64,000 nucleotides of DNA from Methylophilus sp. (GTDB taxonomy: Bacteria > Pseudomonadota > Gammaproteobacteria > Burkholderiales > Methylophilaceae). Below are positions 20,172 to 30,144 of this stretch, one piece after another (within the stretch, counting starts at the first letter, position 1; each line of letters opens with the position of its first letter). The notes under the pieces were generated by a model. It saw only the letters and a program-made list of their open reading frames with translations, did no database searches and was not told the origin of the DNA. Made by a program: the position numbers and the translations under genes. The stretch covers positions 39,009 to 103,008 of the forward strand of contig JANRLR010000003.1 in NCBI GenBank assembly GCA_033762415.1, given 5' to 3'.

Positions 20172-21391
20172 GCTAGCAAATCCTCTATTTGTACCAACAC
20201 TTGCACCAAGGTAGGTGCATTACTCTCACGCACTTGTTTTAACGGCAACACGACAGAAGAATCTACTCTAAACAAAGTGCCTTCGCAATCCAGACCTGGT
20301 GTGGCGATTGGAATAAATACCTCTGGTTCAACCTCAAACTTGACGGCAGGGTGACCCAATACGATCAAAGGCTTAGCTGTAATTGGCAGAGGCTTATCTG
20401 GGCTAAAACTATTCACCCAAATGAGCGCATCATGTGCTGGCAGCGTCTCTTGTTGTATCGCCAAGCCGTTTAACCAAGTATGCGCATAATTTACAGTTGT
20501 ATCGCCATCGCTACCACCCAGCGCTAAGCCTCCAGCGCGTGTGGTTTCATTGAGGGTGACCACCGTTTGCGTGATTTGCTGAATCGCTAATTCTGCATGT
20601 GGGAAATCCATATCTTTGGCAATCCACACCAGTACCGCATATTTGGCTTGCTTCAATCGCTCAGCAACACTAGCCAGATCAGCCACTGGAATGCCCGCAA
20701 CCTGATTGGATTTAAGCACTTTACCATTTACCAAAGCATGCAATGCTGCCGTCAGTTCTGGCAATAGGGCTGGTGCACATGACAATATGGTCGGCTGCTT
20801 ACCGCTTGGTGAAACACCATATGAAGTATCTAACCCTTCGCCACCTAAGTAAATAATGTCTCGTACTTGTGGGTCAACAAACATGGCCTCTTTTGTCCAT
20901 ACCACACGTTCAAAAAAGCGTGGGTTATGTTGTACCACGTCAGTACCAATGCAAACAATCACATCTGCACGATTTTTAACTTCCGTGAGTGTTGTGGTTT
21001 GCCATCCTGTGCTTTGCAATACTTTTAGATTACGCCATGTGGTAGTTGCATTCATATGCGCTAAATTCGCATTCGTTTTTTCTGCTAACCGATACGCAGC
21101 CCTAAAACCCGCTAAATCTGTACTCAAGCCAGCCAATAAAGGCTGTTTTGACTCTTTCAATATTGTCACAATCCTTGCTACCGCTTGCGCTAATGTCACG
21201 GACTTACCTAAAATCCTAGGTGATGTGTCTAATGGTGCTTGTGAGAAAAATGCAATGCTTTTACTACAAGTACTGGTGGATGCCATCTGTCCGTTTAAAG
21301 GTGGTGTTACTGAAACGACGACATCATCACACAACAATCCACATGCTGGGCAAGTAGCGTTGATCAAAGCGGATGGATTGGACATTTGCAT
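20168..21391 (-). CDS. fhcB: Formyltransferase/hydrolase complex subunit B
   Basis: CPACGLLCDD, TTLTEVKNRAD, FRVDSSVVLPL; first gene of the fhc cluster. Confidence 0.9.
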   Translation of the reverse strand: MQMSNPSALINATCPACGLLCDDVVVSVTPPLNGQMASTSTCSKSIAFFSQAPLDTSPRILGKSVTLAQAVARIVTILKESKQPLLAGLSTDLAGFRAAYRLAEKTNANLAHMNATTTWRNLKVLQSTGWQTTTLTEVKNRADVIVCIGTDVVQHNPRFFERVVWTKEAMFVDPQVRDIIYLGGEGLDTSYGVSPSGKQPTILSCAPALLPELTAALHALVNGKVLKSNQVAGIPVADLASVAERLKQAKYAVLVWIAKDMDFPHAELAIQQITQTVVTLNETTRAGGLALGGSDGDTTVNYAHTWLNGLAIQQETLPAHDALIWVNSFSPDKPLPITAKPLIVLGHPAVKFEVEPEVFIPIATPGLDCEGTLFRVDSSVVLPLKQVRESNAPTLVQVLVQIEDLLA

Positions 21392-21663
21392 AAGCCTTAT
21401 TCTGCCATACTAGATTGGATTGAATATAAAGCGCATTGAATGCTAAGTGTATAACCAACAATACTTTTTATTCTAGTTAATTTTGTCATGTCTCGCATTT
21501 TAACCATACTTAATAGCTCCGAATTTGCACAAAAGCCCTATTTATCCAGTCTTATTCCAAGGTTTGATGCTCAAACAATTTTCTTATTCAATAGTATGAT
21601 TTATCTCAATTGCTTAATCATTAGACGAACGCTTAGTAATGTGACTTATGGCATAATATCGGA

Positions 21664-22413
21664 ATGTTTAATCATCTAAAAGAAGACATCTCTATTGTGT
21701 TTGAGCGCGATCCTGCCGCGCGTACACATTGGGAGATACTCACCACCTATCCTGGCGTACACGCGCTCATTATGCATCGCTTTAGCCATTGGTTATGGAA
21801 AAACAATTTTTATTGGCTAGGTCGCGTATCGTCTCATATCGGACGTTGGCTGACTGGTATTGAAATTCATCCAGGCGCGACCATTGGTCGTCGCGTGTTC
21901 ATCGACCACGGCATGGGGGTCGTCATTGGCGAAACAGCAGTCATCGGTGACGACTGCACGCTCTATCATGGTGTGACTTTAGGCGGAACCACATGGAATA
22001 AAGGTAAACGTCACCCCACACTAGAAACTGGGGTAGTCATTGGTGCTGGTGCCAAAGTGCTCGGCCCGATTACCATAGGCAAAAACGCCAAGATCGGCTC
22101 CAACGCTGTTGTAGTCAAAGACGTGCCTGATAACGCTACAGCCGTGGGGATTCCTGCCCGTATTTTAGAAGAGGAAAAAGCCAAACAGCGTGACCATACT
22201 GCGCAAAAAATTGGCTTTAGTGCATATGCGATAGGCAATGATGAAAACGATCCGATTACTAAAGCCATACACAGCTTACTAGATCACGCCGAAAAACAAG
22301 ATAAGATCATCACCTCGTTACAAGCACAATTAGCGCAATTAAATGACATGCAGGCTAACACAGAAGTTGGCGAAGCTTTCTCAGCAAAAAAAGACTCCAA
22401 ACTGAAGAACTAA
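21664..22413 (+). CDS. cysE: Serine O-acetyltransferase
   Basis: RDPAAR, EIHPGA, FIDHG hexapeptide repeats. Confidence 0.95.
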   Translation: MFNHLKEDISIVFERDPAARTHWEILTTYPGVHALIMHRFSHWLWKNNFYWLGRVSSHIGRWLTGIEIHPGATIGRRVFIDHGMGVVIGETAVIGDDCTLYHGVTLGGTTWNKGKRHPTLETGVVIGAGAKVLGPITIGKNAKIGSNAVVVKDVPDNATAVGIPARILEEEKAKQRDHTAQKIGFSAYAIGNDENDPITKAIHSLLDHAEKQDKIITSLQAQLAQLNDMQANTEVGEAFSAKKDSKLKN

Positions 22414-22421
22414 ATCACATA

Positions 22422-22446
22422 ATAATTGACTAAAATAGTAGGTTAT
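22422..22446 (+). promoter_or_regulatory. IscR type-1 operator overlapping the iscR promoter
   Basis: ATAATTGACTAAAATAGTAGGTTAT matches ATASYYGACTRWWWYAGTCRRSTAT at 22 of 25 positions and contains TTGACT. Confidence 0.8.
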
Positions 22447-22484
22447 TATAGAATCCGCAACTTCCGAAACATATTGAGTTATAT

Positions 22485-22958
22485 ATGAGACTGACGACCA
22501 AAGGACGTTTTGCTGTCACCGCCATGCTAGACCTCGCCCTATTTGAGGCAGATAAGCCTGTCACGTTAGCAGGTATTAGCGAACGACAAAGCATTTCGCT
22601 CTCATATTTAGAACAGCTATTCAGCCGCCTGCGCCGTCAAGGCTTGGTAACAAGCGTACGGGGGCCAGGCGGCGGCTATCGTTTGGCAAAATCGCATCAA
22701 GAGATTTCAGTGTCTGACATCATTACTGCAGTTGATGAGTTAATAGATGCAACACAATGTGGTGGTAATGAGAACTGCCACGAAGATGGCCCTTGTATGA
22801 CACATGACTTATGGACATCACTGAATAACAAGATTTTAGAATACCTTTCAGGCGTGTCTTTAGCTGACATGGTAGAAATGCAAAAGAAAAAAGGTAATGG
22901 ATCAGAAATAGTGTTTGCACCGCGCAAACTTGGTACAAGTGAAGCAGTTTCAGCATAA
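22485..22958 (+). CDS. iscR: Fe-S cluster assembly regulator IscR
   Basis: [22 protein letters not shown], three Cys plus His (C-x5-C-x5-C-x2-H). Confidence 0.95.
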   Translation: MRLTTKGRFAVTAMLDLALFEADKPVTLAGISERQSISLSYLEQLFSRLRRQGLVTSVRGPGGGYRLAKSHQEISVSDIITAVDELIDATQCGGNENCHEDGPCMTHDLWTSLNNKILEYLSGVSLADMVEMQKKKGNGSEIVFAPRKLGTSEAVSA

Positions 22959-24103
22959 TGAGCACAGTCTATTTTGATCATAACAGTACCACAGCACTCA
23001 AACCAGAGGTGCTAGAGGCAATGTTGCCCTGGATGACCCAACAACATGGGAATCCAACCAGTCGCCATGTGTTTGGTCGGAATGCACGTGATGCCATTGA
23101 ACATGCACGTACACAAGTGGCCAGTGCAGTCGGTGCACAAGCTTCACAAGTGGTATTTACTGCGAGTGGTACTGAAGCTAATAATTTTGCAATCACTGGC
23201 ATTGCAGGCAACAATGAGCCTATGCAAATACTCACCAGTAGCATTGAGCACCCTTGTGTTACGCTCCCTGCAATGGCGATGCAAATGCGCGGCTGGCAAG
23301 CAAGCAGTATTGCTGTTGATGACCAGTGTCAAATCAACATGACGCATTTAGAAGAGTTATTAAAATCACCGACTCACCTAGTCTCCGTCATGCTCGCCAA
23401 TAATGAAACTGGAACAATACAAAATATTGCGCGTATCAGCGAATTAGCACGTCAACGCAAAGCATATATGCATACAGATGCAGTGCAGGCACTCGGTAAG
23501 TTACCTGTAGATTTTGCTGAATTAGGTGTGCATGCCATGACCATTTCCAGCCACAAAATCGGTGGGCCGCTAGGCGCAGGTGCTTTAGTGTTAGATAAAC
23601 GTGTAGACATTCAGCCGCTGCTATATGGCGGTGGGCAAGAAAAAGGGTTACGCAGTGGCACAGAAAATATTGCTGCAATAGTAGGCTTTGGCACAGCATG
23701 CGCGTTAGCTGTCAATGGTTTAGGTACCTACGCGAGCCATACATCAGCCTTACGTCAAACATTAGAGTCTGGTCTCAGAAAAATTGGAGCATCCATATTT
23801 GCAGAGCATAGCCACCGCATTCCTAACACCAGCTTTTTTGCCTTTCCTAATATTGAAGGCGAAACGCTAGTGACCGCCTTGGATAAAACAGGTTTTGCAG
23901 TTGCCAGTGGTTCAGCATGCTCTAGCGATAGCACAGAACCAAGCCATGTATTACTGGCAATGGGTATTGAAACAGATTTAGCACGTGGCGCCGTACGCGT
24001 CAGCTTGGGCATTAACAATACCCTCGCGCAAATAGAAGCATTTTTACTGACATTGCAAAATGAAGTAAAAAGATTAAGAGATTTGACCGCCATTGCGGCC
24101 TAA
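22958..24103 (+). CDS. Second cysteine desulfurase (NifS/IscS-like)
   Basis: YFDHNSTT, HTDAVQA, SSHKIGGP (PLP Lys), ASGSACSS; lacks the IscS C-terminal extension. Confidence 0.9.
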   Translation: MSTVYFDHNSTTALKPEVLEAMLPWMTQQHGNPTSRHVFGRNARDAIEHARTQVASAVGAQASQVVFTASGTEANNFAITGIAGNNEPMQILTSSIEHPCVTLPAMAMQMRGWQASSIAVDDQCQINMTHLEELLKSPTHLVSVMLANNETGTIQNIARISELARQRKAYMHTDAVQALGKLPVDFAELGVHAMTISSHKIGGPLGAGALVLDKRVDIQPLLYGGGQEKGLRSGTENIAAIVGFGTACALAVNGLGTYASHTSALRQTLESGLRKIGASIFAEHSHRIPNTSFFAFPNIEGETLVTALDKTGFAVASGSACSSDSTEPSHVLLAMGIETDLARGAVRVSLGINNTLAQIEAFLLTLQNEVKRLRDLTAIAA

Positions 24104-24136
24104 ACATTTGTATCGATTAGAAATTTAAGGATTAGC

Positions 24137-25354
24137 ATGACAGTTCACACCCCAATATATTTGGATTATTCAGCGACTACACCAGTAGACCCGCGTGTAG
24201 CCGCAAAGATGATTCCATTTTTAACCGAGAATTTTGGCAATCCAGCTTCACGTAGCCACTCTTTTGGCTGGACAGCAGAAAAGGCTGTGGAAGAAGCGCG
24301 TGAAGAAGTGGCTAAATTAGTCAACGCTGACCCACGCGAAATCGTGTGGACATCTGGCGCAACTGAATCTAACAACCTTGCTATTAAAGGTGCCGCGCAT
24401 TTTTACAGTGCAACTAAAGGTAAACACGTCATTACTGTTGCTACAGAGCATAAAGCAGTGATTGACCCCGTGCGTGAGCTTGAACGTGAAGGTTTTGAGG
24501 CCACATTTTTACAACCTGAGCCTAATGGTCTGATTGATTTAGAAAAATTCAAGGCAGCGATTCGTCCAGATACAGTATTAGCCTCTGTCATGTTCGTCAA
24601 TAACGAAATCGGCGTGATTCAAGATATTGAAGCGATTGGCAATATCTGCCGTGAAAACAATATTATTTTTCACGTAGATTCTGCGCAAGCGACAGGCAAA
24701 GTTGCAATTGATTTAGAAAAACTACCTGTTGATTTAATGAGCTTTAGCGCACATAAAACCTACGGCCCGAAAGGCATCGGTGCACTGTATGTACGCCGTA
24801 AACCACGTATCCGTATTGAAGCGCAAATGCACGGTGGCGGTCATGAGCGTGGCATGCGTTCTGGTACATTAGCAACGCATCAAATCGTCGGCATGGGCGA
24901 AGCGTTCCGCATTGCACGCGAAGAAATGGCAACAGAAAATGAGCGCATTCGCATGTTGCGTGATCGCCTGCTCAAAGGCTTGCAAGAAATTGATGAAGTG
25001 TATGTAAATGGCGATTTAGAGCACCGTGTACCGCATAATTTAAACATCAGCTTTAACTTTGTGGAGGGCGAATCTCTGATTATGGCGGTGAAGGACATCG
25101 CGGTTTCAAGCGGCTCTGCATGTACCTCTGCTAGCTTAGAGCCTTCATATGTTTTACGCGCGCTTGGTCGTTCAGATGAATTAGCACATAGCTCTATTAG
25201 ATTTAGTATTGGCCGTTTCACCACTGAAGAAGATGTGGATTACACCATCAATTTGATGAAGAGTAAAATTGGTAAATTACGTGAACTTTCACCGCTTTGG
25301 GAAATGCATTTAGATGGTGTTGATTTATCCAAAGTTGAATGGGCAGCCCACTGA
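24137..25354 (+). CDS. iscS: Cysteine desulfurase IscS
   Basis: [40 protein letters not shown]. Confidence 0.97.
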   Translation: MTVHTPIYLDYSATTPVDPRVAAKMIPFLTENFGNPASRSHSFGWTAEKAVEEAREEVAKLVNADPREIVWTSGATESNNLAIKGAAHFYSATKGKHVITVATEHKAVIDPVRELEREGFEATFLQPEPNGLIDLEKFKAAIRPDTVLASVMFVNNEIGVIQDIEAIGNICRENNIIFHVDSAQATGKVAIDLEKLPVDLMSFSAHKTYGPKGIGALYVRRKPRIRIEAQMHGGGHERGMRSGTLATHQIVGMGEAFRIAREEMATENERIRMLRDRLLKGLQEIDEVYVNGDLEHRVPHNLNISFNFVEGESLIMAVKDIAVSSGSACTSASLEPSYVLRALGRSDELAHSSIRFSIGRFTTEEDVDYTINLMKSKIGKLRELSPLWEMHLDGVDLSKVEWAAH

Positions 25355-25486
25355 TAATTTATCTTTGTACGTCTGACTTTGTTGGCTGTCAGCCAAACAA
25401 ATCTTAAATTATCGAAGTTTTTTTATTAAGTAATTTTGATGTAAGAGTATTTATTAGAAATTTTTATTGAAAAATTAAAAGGTAAA

Positions 25487-25554
25487 ACAAATTCAAGGCA
25501 GTGAGGCGAAGACAGTACGTTTAGTACGGCAAGCCGAACTAACGCAGAAGTTGT
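25487..25554. repeat. Imperfect palindromic intergenic element (ERIC/MITE-like)
   Basis: GC-rich island CAAGGCAGTGAGGCGAAGACAGTACGTTTAGTACGGCAAGCCGAACTAACGCAG in an AT-rich spacer, with near-complementary ends acaaattc / gaagttgt. Confidence 0.4.
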
Positions 25555-25583
25555 GAAGCATTTTAATTTTAAGGAGTGTTGAG

Positions 25584-25979
25584 ATGGCATATTCAGATAA
25601 GGTTTTAGATCATTATGAGAATCCACGTAACGTTGGTTCTTTAGACAAAGACGACCCAAACGTCGGCACAGGCATGGTCGGCGCGCCCGCTTGCGGTGAC
25701 GTGATGAAATTGATGATTAAAGTAAACGATGCTGGCGTTATTGAAGATGCAAAATTCAAAACTTACGGCTGCGGCTCTGCCATTGCTTCTAGCTCTTTAG
25801 TAACCGAATGGCTCAAAGGCCGCACAATTGAAGAGGCTTACGCGATTAAAAACTCTGAAATTGCAGAAGAGCTTGCCCTGCCACCTGTAAAAATTCACTG
25901 CTCCGTATTAGCAGAAGATGCGATTAAAGCAGCTGTGGCTGATATTAAGGCTAAACAGGCGAATAAAGAGGCGGCGTGA
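25584..25979 (+). CDS. iscU: Fe-S scaffold IscU
   Basis: MAYSDKVLDHYENPRNVG, APACGD, LPPVKIHCS. Confidence 0.98.
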   Translation: MAYSDKVLDHYENPRNVGSLDKDDPNVGTGMVGAPACGDVMKLMIKVNDAGVIEDAKFKTYGCGSAIASSSLVTEWLKGRTIEEAYAIKNSEIAEELALPPVKIHCSVLAEDAIKAAVADIKAKQANKEAA

Positions 25980-25985
25980 TTTAGT

Positions 25986-26022
25986 CCCTCGCCCGCAAGC
26001 GGGAGAGGGGTTGGTGTGAGGG
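25986..26022. repeat. Palindromic intergenic repeat of the CCCTCTCCCGC..GCGGGAGAGGG type
   Basis: ccctcgcccgc-aa-gcgggagaggg stem with one mismatch, followed by gttggtgtgaggg. Confidence 0.6.
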
Positions 26023-26040
26023 AAAAGCTCAAACCAAAAA

Positions 26041-26067
26041 TAGATTCCCGCTTTCGCGGGAGTGACG
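26041..26067. repeat. Single copy of the GTCATTCCCGCGAAAGCGGGAATC (dRS3/REP-like) palindrome
   Basis: Reverse complement cgtcactcccgcgaaagcgggaatcta is nearly identical to the copies at 28868 and 28946. Confidence 0.8.
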
Positions 26068-26084
26068 AAACAGGAAATTGAAAC

Positions 26085-26408
26085 ATGGCAATTACACTCA
26101 CAGAAACTGCGGCTAACCGCGTTGAAAAATTCCTCGCCAACCGTGGTAAAGGTATTGGCTTACGCTTGGGCGTCAAAACCACAGGCTGTTCTGGCATGGC
26201 ATACACGCTTGAATTTGTGGATGAAATGCATGAGGAAGACACGGCATTTGAGAGCCACGGGGTAAAGGTGATCGTTGACCCTAAAAGCTTGGTGTACATT
26301 GATGGCACTGAACTTGATTTCACCAAAGAGGGTTTGAACGAAGGCTTTAAATTCAACAACCCAAACGTGAAAGATGAGTGTGGTTGTGGAGAAAGCTTTA
26401 CAGTGTGA
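26085..26408 (+). CDS. iscA: Fe-S carrier IscA
   Basis: GCSGMAY and CGCGESF. Confidence 0.97.
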   Translation: MAITLTETAANRVEKFLANRGKGIGLRLGVKTTGCSGMAYTLEFVDEMHEEDTAFESHGVKVIVDPKSLVYIDGTELDFTKEGLNEGFKFNNPNVKDECGCGESFTV

Positions 26409-26926
26409 GCCAAAGTTATTTTGAATTTTTTCGGCTACCTGCCCAATACGACATTGATTTAGCCTTACTGGATAACACTTACCGCAACATACAAGCGGAA
26501 GTGCATCCTGATAAATTTGTTACGGCCAGTCCTGCAGAACGCTTAAAATCCATGCAAATCGCCACACTCGCCAATGAGGCCTATCAAACGCTTAAGCACC
26601 CTACTTCTCGCGCTCGATACCTACTCCATTTAAACGGGGTAGAAACGCAAGAAGAGAGCAATACCGCCATGCCTACAGATTTTCTAATGACGCAAATGGA
26701 ATGGCGTGAGGCCATTGAAGAAGCAGAAAATGCGAAGGATGTTGCCGCACTTGACCAACAACTCATGATGATGAAAAAAACTGCAAAATCATTACAACAA
26801 ACACTTGCCGCTGCTTTATCCACCCCTGAGACGTTTCCAGAAGCAGCAAAAATTGTGCGTAAACTAAGCTTTATCGACAAAGTAAGCGCTGATGTAGGCA
26901 ATATTATTGCCAGACTAGAAGATTAA
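26405..26926 (+). CDS. hscB: Co-chaperone HscB
   Basis: GTG at 26405 overlapping the iscA stop; J-domain [21 protein letters not shown]. Confidence 0.93.
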   Translation: MSQSYFEFFRLPAQYDIDLALLDNTYRNIQAEVHPDKFVTASPAERLKSMQIATLANEAYQTLKHPTSRARYLLHLNGVETQEESNTAMPTDFLMTQMEWREAIEEAENAKDVAALDQQLMMMKKTAKSLQQTLAAALSTPETFPEAAKIVRKLSFIDKVSADVGNIIARLED

Positions 26927-26931
26927 TTACC

Positions 26932-28830
26932 ATGGCTTTACTGCAAATCTCAGAACCTGGCATGTCCGCCGCCCCGCACCAGCACAAACTGGCAGTTGGC
27001 ATTGATTTAGGTACAACCAACTCCTTAGTAGCCACTGTGCGTAGTGGCATGAGTACCGTACTACAAGATGAGCATGGGCACGCACTACTCCCCTCTGTTG
27101 TGCGCTATTTAAGTAGCGATGAAGTCATTGTCGGCCATGATGCGCAAGCACAACAAAGCATAGACCCGGTAAACACCATTGTTTCTGTTAAACGCTTTAT
27201 GGGTCGTAGCCTTAAAGATATTGCGGATAGAGCTCACATCCCCTATAAGTTTGTGGATGTCTCTGGCGAACAAGCCTCGCGCATGTTGCAGATTGATACT
27301 AGAGCCGGTTTAAAAAGCCCCGTGGAAATCTCTGCCGAAATTTTAAAAGCACTTAAAGCGCGTGCTGAAAAAGCACTTGGAGGTGAACTCACGGGTGCCG
27401 TGATTACCGTACCCGCTTATTTTGATGATGCACAACGTCAGGCCACCAAAGATGCAGCTCGCTTAGCTGGTTTGCATGTGTTGCGCCTATTGAACGAGCC
27501 AACCGCAGCAGCCGTAGCCTACGGGCTAGATAATGCCTCTGAAGGCATTTATGTGATTTATGACCTAGGTGGCGGCACCTTTGATATTTCTATATTACGT
27601 CTATCAAAAGGCGTATTTGAGGTTTTAGCCACAAATGGCGACTCTGCTTTAGGCGGTGACGACTTTGACCACCGTATTTATTGCTGGGTACTAGATAAAG
27701 TACGTGAAGATGCCAAAAGTTTTACCCCTTTAAATGAAGGAGACACACGCCTTTTGCTCACCAAAGCACGACAAGCCAAAGAATGGCTTACCGATAATTT
27801 TGAAGCACAAATTACCTGCAAACTGAGCAATGGTAACTTTGTAGACGTGACGCTTTCGGCACCTCAATTTGTAGAGCTCACACAAACCTTAGTCATAAAA
27901 ACCCTTTCACCTACGCGCAAAGCCATGCGTGATGCAGGTTTAGCATTGGAAGATATTAATGGTGTAGTACTCGTTGGCGGCGCTACGCGCATGCCGCATA
28001 TTCGCCATGCCGTGCAAGAATTTTTTGGACAAGAACCTCTTACCAATCTAGACCCAGATAAAGTCGTCGCACTGGGTGCTGCAATACAAGCCAATGTGCT
28101 GGCTGGCAATCGTAGTGATGGCGATTTGTTGCTACTCGACGTGACACCACTTTCACTTGGTTTAGAAACCATGGGCGGCTTGGTTGAAAAAGTAATCCCT
28201 CGCAACTCCACTCTACCCGTTGCCCGAGCGCAAGATTTCACCACCTTTAAGGATGGTCAAACCGCCATGAGCATACACGTATTGCAAGGCGAACGTGAAC
28301 TTGTGAGTGATTGCCGTTCACTGGCCAAATTTGAACTCCGTGGCATTCCTCCTATGGCAGCTGGTGCAGCACGTATCCGCGTGACCTTTCAAGTGGATGC
28401 TGATGGTTTGCTTTCAGTCAGCGCACGTGAGCAAACCAGCGGAATTGAAGCTAATATCGTGGTAAAACCATCATACGGCTTAACTGAAGATGAAATCACG
28501 CATATGTTGAAATCATCGTTTGGCGCAGCTGAAGCCGACAAACAAGCACGTGCATTGCGTGAAGCCATGGTAGATGCAGAACAACTGATTGAGGCGGTTA
28601 ACACAGCTTTAACAAAAGATGGTGACAACCTATTGTCTAGCGAGGAAAAACAAAGGATTTTAGCGAATATAGATACACTAAAATCACTATGTCATACCAA
28701 GGATAGCCACGCCATACATCAAGCCGCCGAAACACTTAACCATGCGACAGAAGCATTTGCTGCACGGCGTATGGATGCCTCAGTAAAAAGCGCGCTGGCA
28801 GGTAAAAATGTTGAAAAATTGGATTTATAA
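26932..28830 (+). CDS. hscA: Fe-S chaperone HscA
   Basis: [27 protein letters not shown]. Confidence 0.97.
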   Translation: MALLQISEPGMSAAPHQHKLAVGIDLGTTNSLVATVRSGMSTVLQDEHGHALLPSVVRYLSSDEVIVGHDAQAQQSIDPVNTIVSVKRFMGRSLKDIADRAHIPYKFVDVSGEQASRMLQIDTRAGLKSPVEISAEILKALKARAEKALGGELTGAVITVPAYFDDAQRQATKDAARLAGLHVLRLLNEPTAAAVAYGLDNASEGIYVIYDLGGGTFDISILRLSKGVFEVLATNGDSALGGDDFDHRIYCWVLDKVREDAKSFTPLNEGDTRLLLTKARQAKEWLTDNFEAQITCKLSNGNFVDVTLSAPQFVELTQTLVIKTLSPTRKAMRDAGLALEDINGVVLVGGATRMPHIRHAVQEFFGQEPLTNLDPDKVVALGAAIQANVLAGNRSDGDLLLLDVTPLSLGLETMGGLVEKVIPRNSTLPVARAQDFTTFKDGQTAMSIHVLQGERELVSDCRSLAKFELRGIPPMAAGAARIRVTFQVDADGLLSVSAREQTSGIEANIVVKPSYGLTEDEITHMLKSSFGAAEADKQARALREAMVDAEQLIEAVNTALTKDGDNLLSSEEKQRILANIDTLKSLCHTKDSHAIHQAAETLNHATEAFAARRMDASVKSALAGKNVEKLDL

Positions 28831-28867
28831 CCATACCCAATCATGCTCAAATAGTATTGTTTTAAAT

Positions 28868-28973
28868 CGTCATTCCCGCGAAAGCGGGAATCCATTGACG
28901 GTTTAATTCTAAAACCAACGACTTATAAATGCTTTAAATTTAAATATGGATTTCCGCTTTCGCGGGAATGACG
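28868..28973. repeat. Inverted pair of 28-bp GTCATTCCCGCGAAAGCGGGAATCCA palindromes (REPIN/MITE-like, 106 bp)
   Basis: 28868-28895 and 28946-28973 are reverse complements with one mismatch, around a 50-bp AT-rich spacer. Confidence 0.85.
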
Positions 28974-29029
28974 GGATGGTAAATTACTATTCTAATTAAG
29001 CTTTTAACTAAAATAGTTAGGAATCAAAA

Positions 29030-29371
29030 ATGACACAGATAATCGTACTCCCACATGTAGAGCTCTGCCCTGAAGGCACCGTGATTCAGGCGGAAAAAGG
29101 AGTGTCCATTTGCGATAATTTACTCAACAACCATATCGATATTGACCATGCCTGTGACAAAGTATGCGCTTGTACCACTTGCCATGTGATTGTGCGTGAA
29201 GGCTATAAAAGCTTGAACCCTGCGCAAGACAATGAAGAAGACTTACTGGACAAAGCATGGGGGCTGGAACCCCTATCACGGCTTTCTTGCCAAGCCATTG
29301 TGGGCGATGCCGATTTAGTGGTGGAAATCCCTAAATACAGTATTAACATGGCCAAAGAAGGCCACCGTTAA
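29030..29371 (+). CDS. fdx: ISC-system [2Fe-2S] ferredoxin
   Basis: HACDKVCACTTCH, SRLSCQA. Confidence 0.95.
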   Translation: MTQIIVLPHVELCPEGTVIQAEKGVSICDNLLNNHIDIDHACDKVCACTTCHVIVREGYKSLNPAQDNEEDLLDKAWGLEPLSRLSCQAIVGDADLVVEIPKYSINMAKEGHR

Positions 29372-29387
29372 GACAACACAATTATTG

Positions 29388-30026
29388 CTATAAGATAAGC
29401 GTATCTTCCAAGAACCTGACCTGACCAGAAGCAATATCATAGATACCGCCAATCAAGCCTATCTTCTTCTCATTCAGTAAGTCTTCAATAATATCGCTAC
29501 TATGCAGAATTTGTTTAATCTGCACTTTCACATTCAACTCGCATACTTTTGCCACAAACGCTTCATTGCTTGAGTCCCGCGTGCCAAGCTCAGTTTTTTC
29601 TTTTCTCACTGCAGGGCGAATATGATTAATAATCTCACCGATATGTCCTTCTCTAAAATTATCACATGCCGCTTTCACTGCACCACAACTCGTGTGTCCT
29701 AGCACGACAATCAACTTTGAGCCAAGATATTTGCTCGCGAACTCCAGACTACCAATCCCTTTGTCAGAAGCAATATTGCCAGCCAAACGTACGCTAAATA
29801 CATCGCCCAGCGCCTGATCAAACAACATTTCAACAGGTGCGCGTGAATCACTACAGCTCAAAAATGAGGTAAACGGATGCTGTTTATCTTTAGTAATTTC
29901 AATTAAAGACTGAAAATCTTTTTTTGAGGTTTGATTGTTCACAAAGCGCTGATTACCTTCAATCAGGATTTCAAGCGCTTGCTGTGGGCTGATTTGATCT
30001 CGGTCTAATAATGGATGTTTATACAT
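29388..30026 (-). CDS. Beta-class carbonic anhydrase
   Basis: CSDSR and GHTSCGA zinc ligands. Confidence 0.92.
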   Translation of the reverse strand: MYKHPLLDRDQISPQQALEILIEGNQRFVNNQTSKKDFQSLIEITKDKQHPFTSFLSCSDSRAPVEMLFDQALGDVFSVRLAGNIASDKGIGSLEFASKYLGSKLIVVLGHTSCGAVKAACDNFREGHIGEIINHIRPAVRKEKTELGTRDSSNEAFVAKVCELNVKVQIKQILHSSDIIEDLLNEKKIGLIGGIYDIASGQVRFLEDTLIL

Positions 30027-30095
30027 GCATAACTCCTAACTCAACAGTTTGAATTATACCTGATGGAGAAATGTGCTTACGCTTTAATATATGCG

Positions 30096-30123
30096 AAAAA
30101 AAAGCCCACCAAATGGTGGGCTT
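30096..30123 (-). terminator. Intrinsic terminator after the porin gene
   Basis: Minus strand AAGCCCACC-ATTT-GGTGGGCTT followed by a U-run. Confidence 0.8.
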
Positions 30124-30144
30124 AAATTTAATAATTGAGTTAAA

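Noticed and set aside
25986-28973. Repeated palindromes considered as a CRISPR array
   Set aside because: Copies are dispersed or inverted rather than regularly spaced direct repeats with unique spacers, and there are no cas genes
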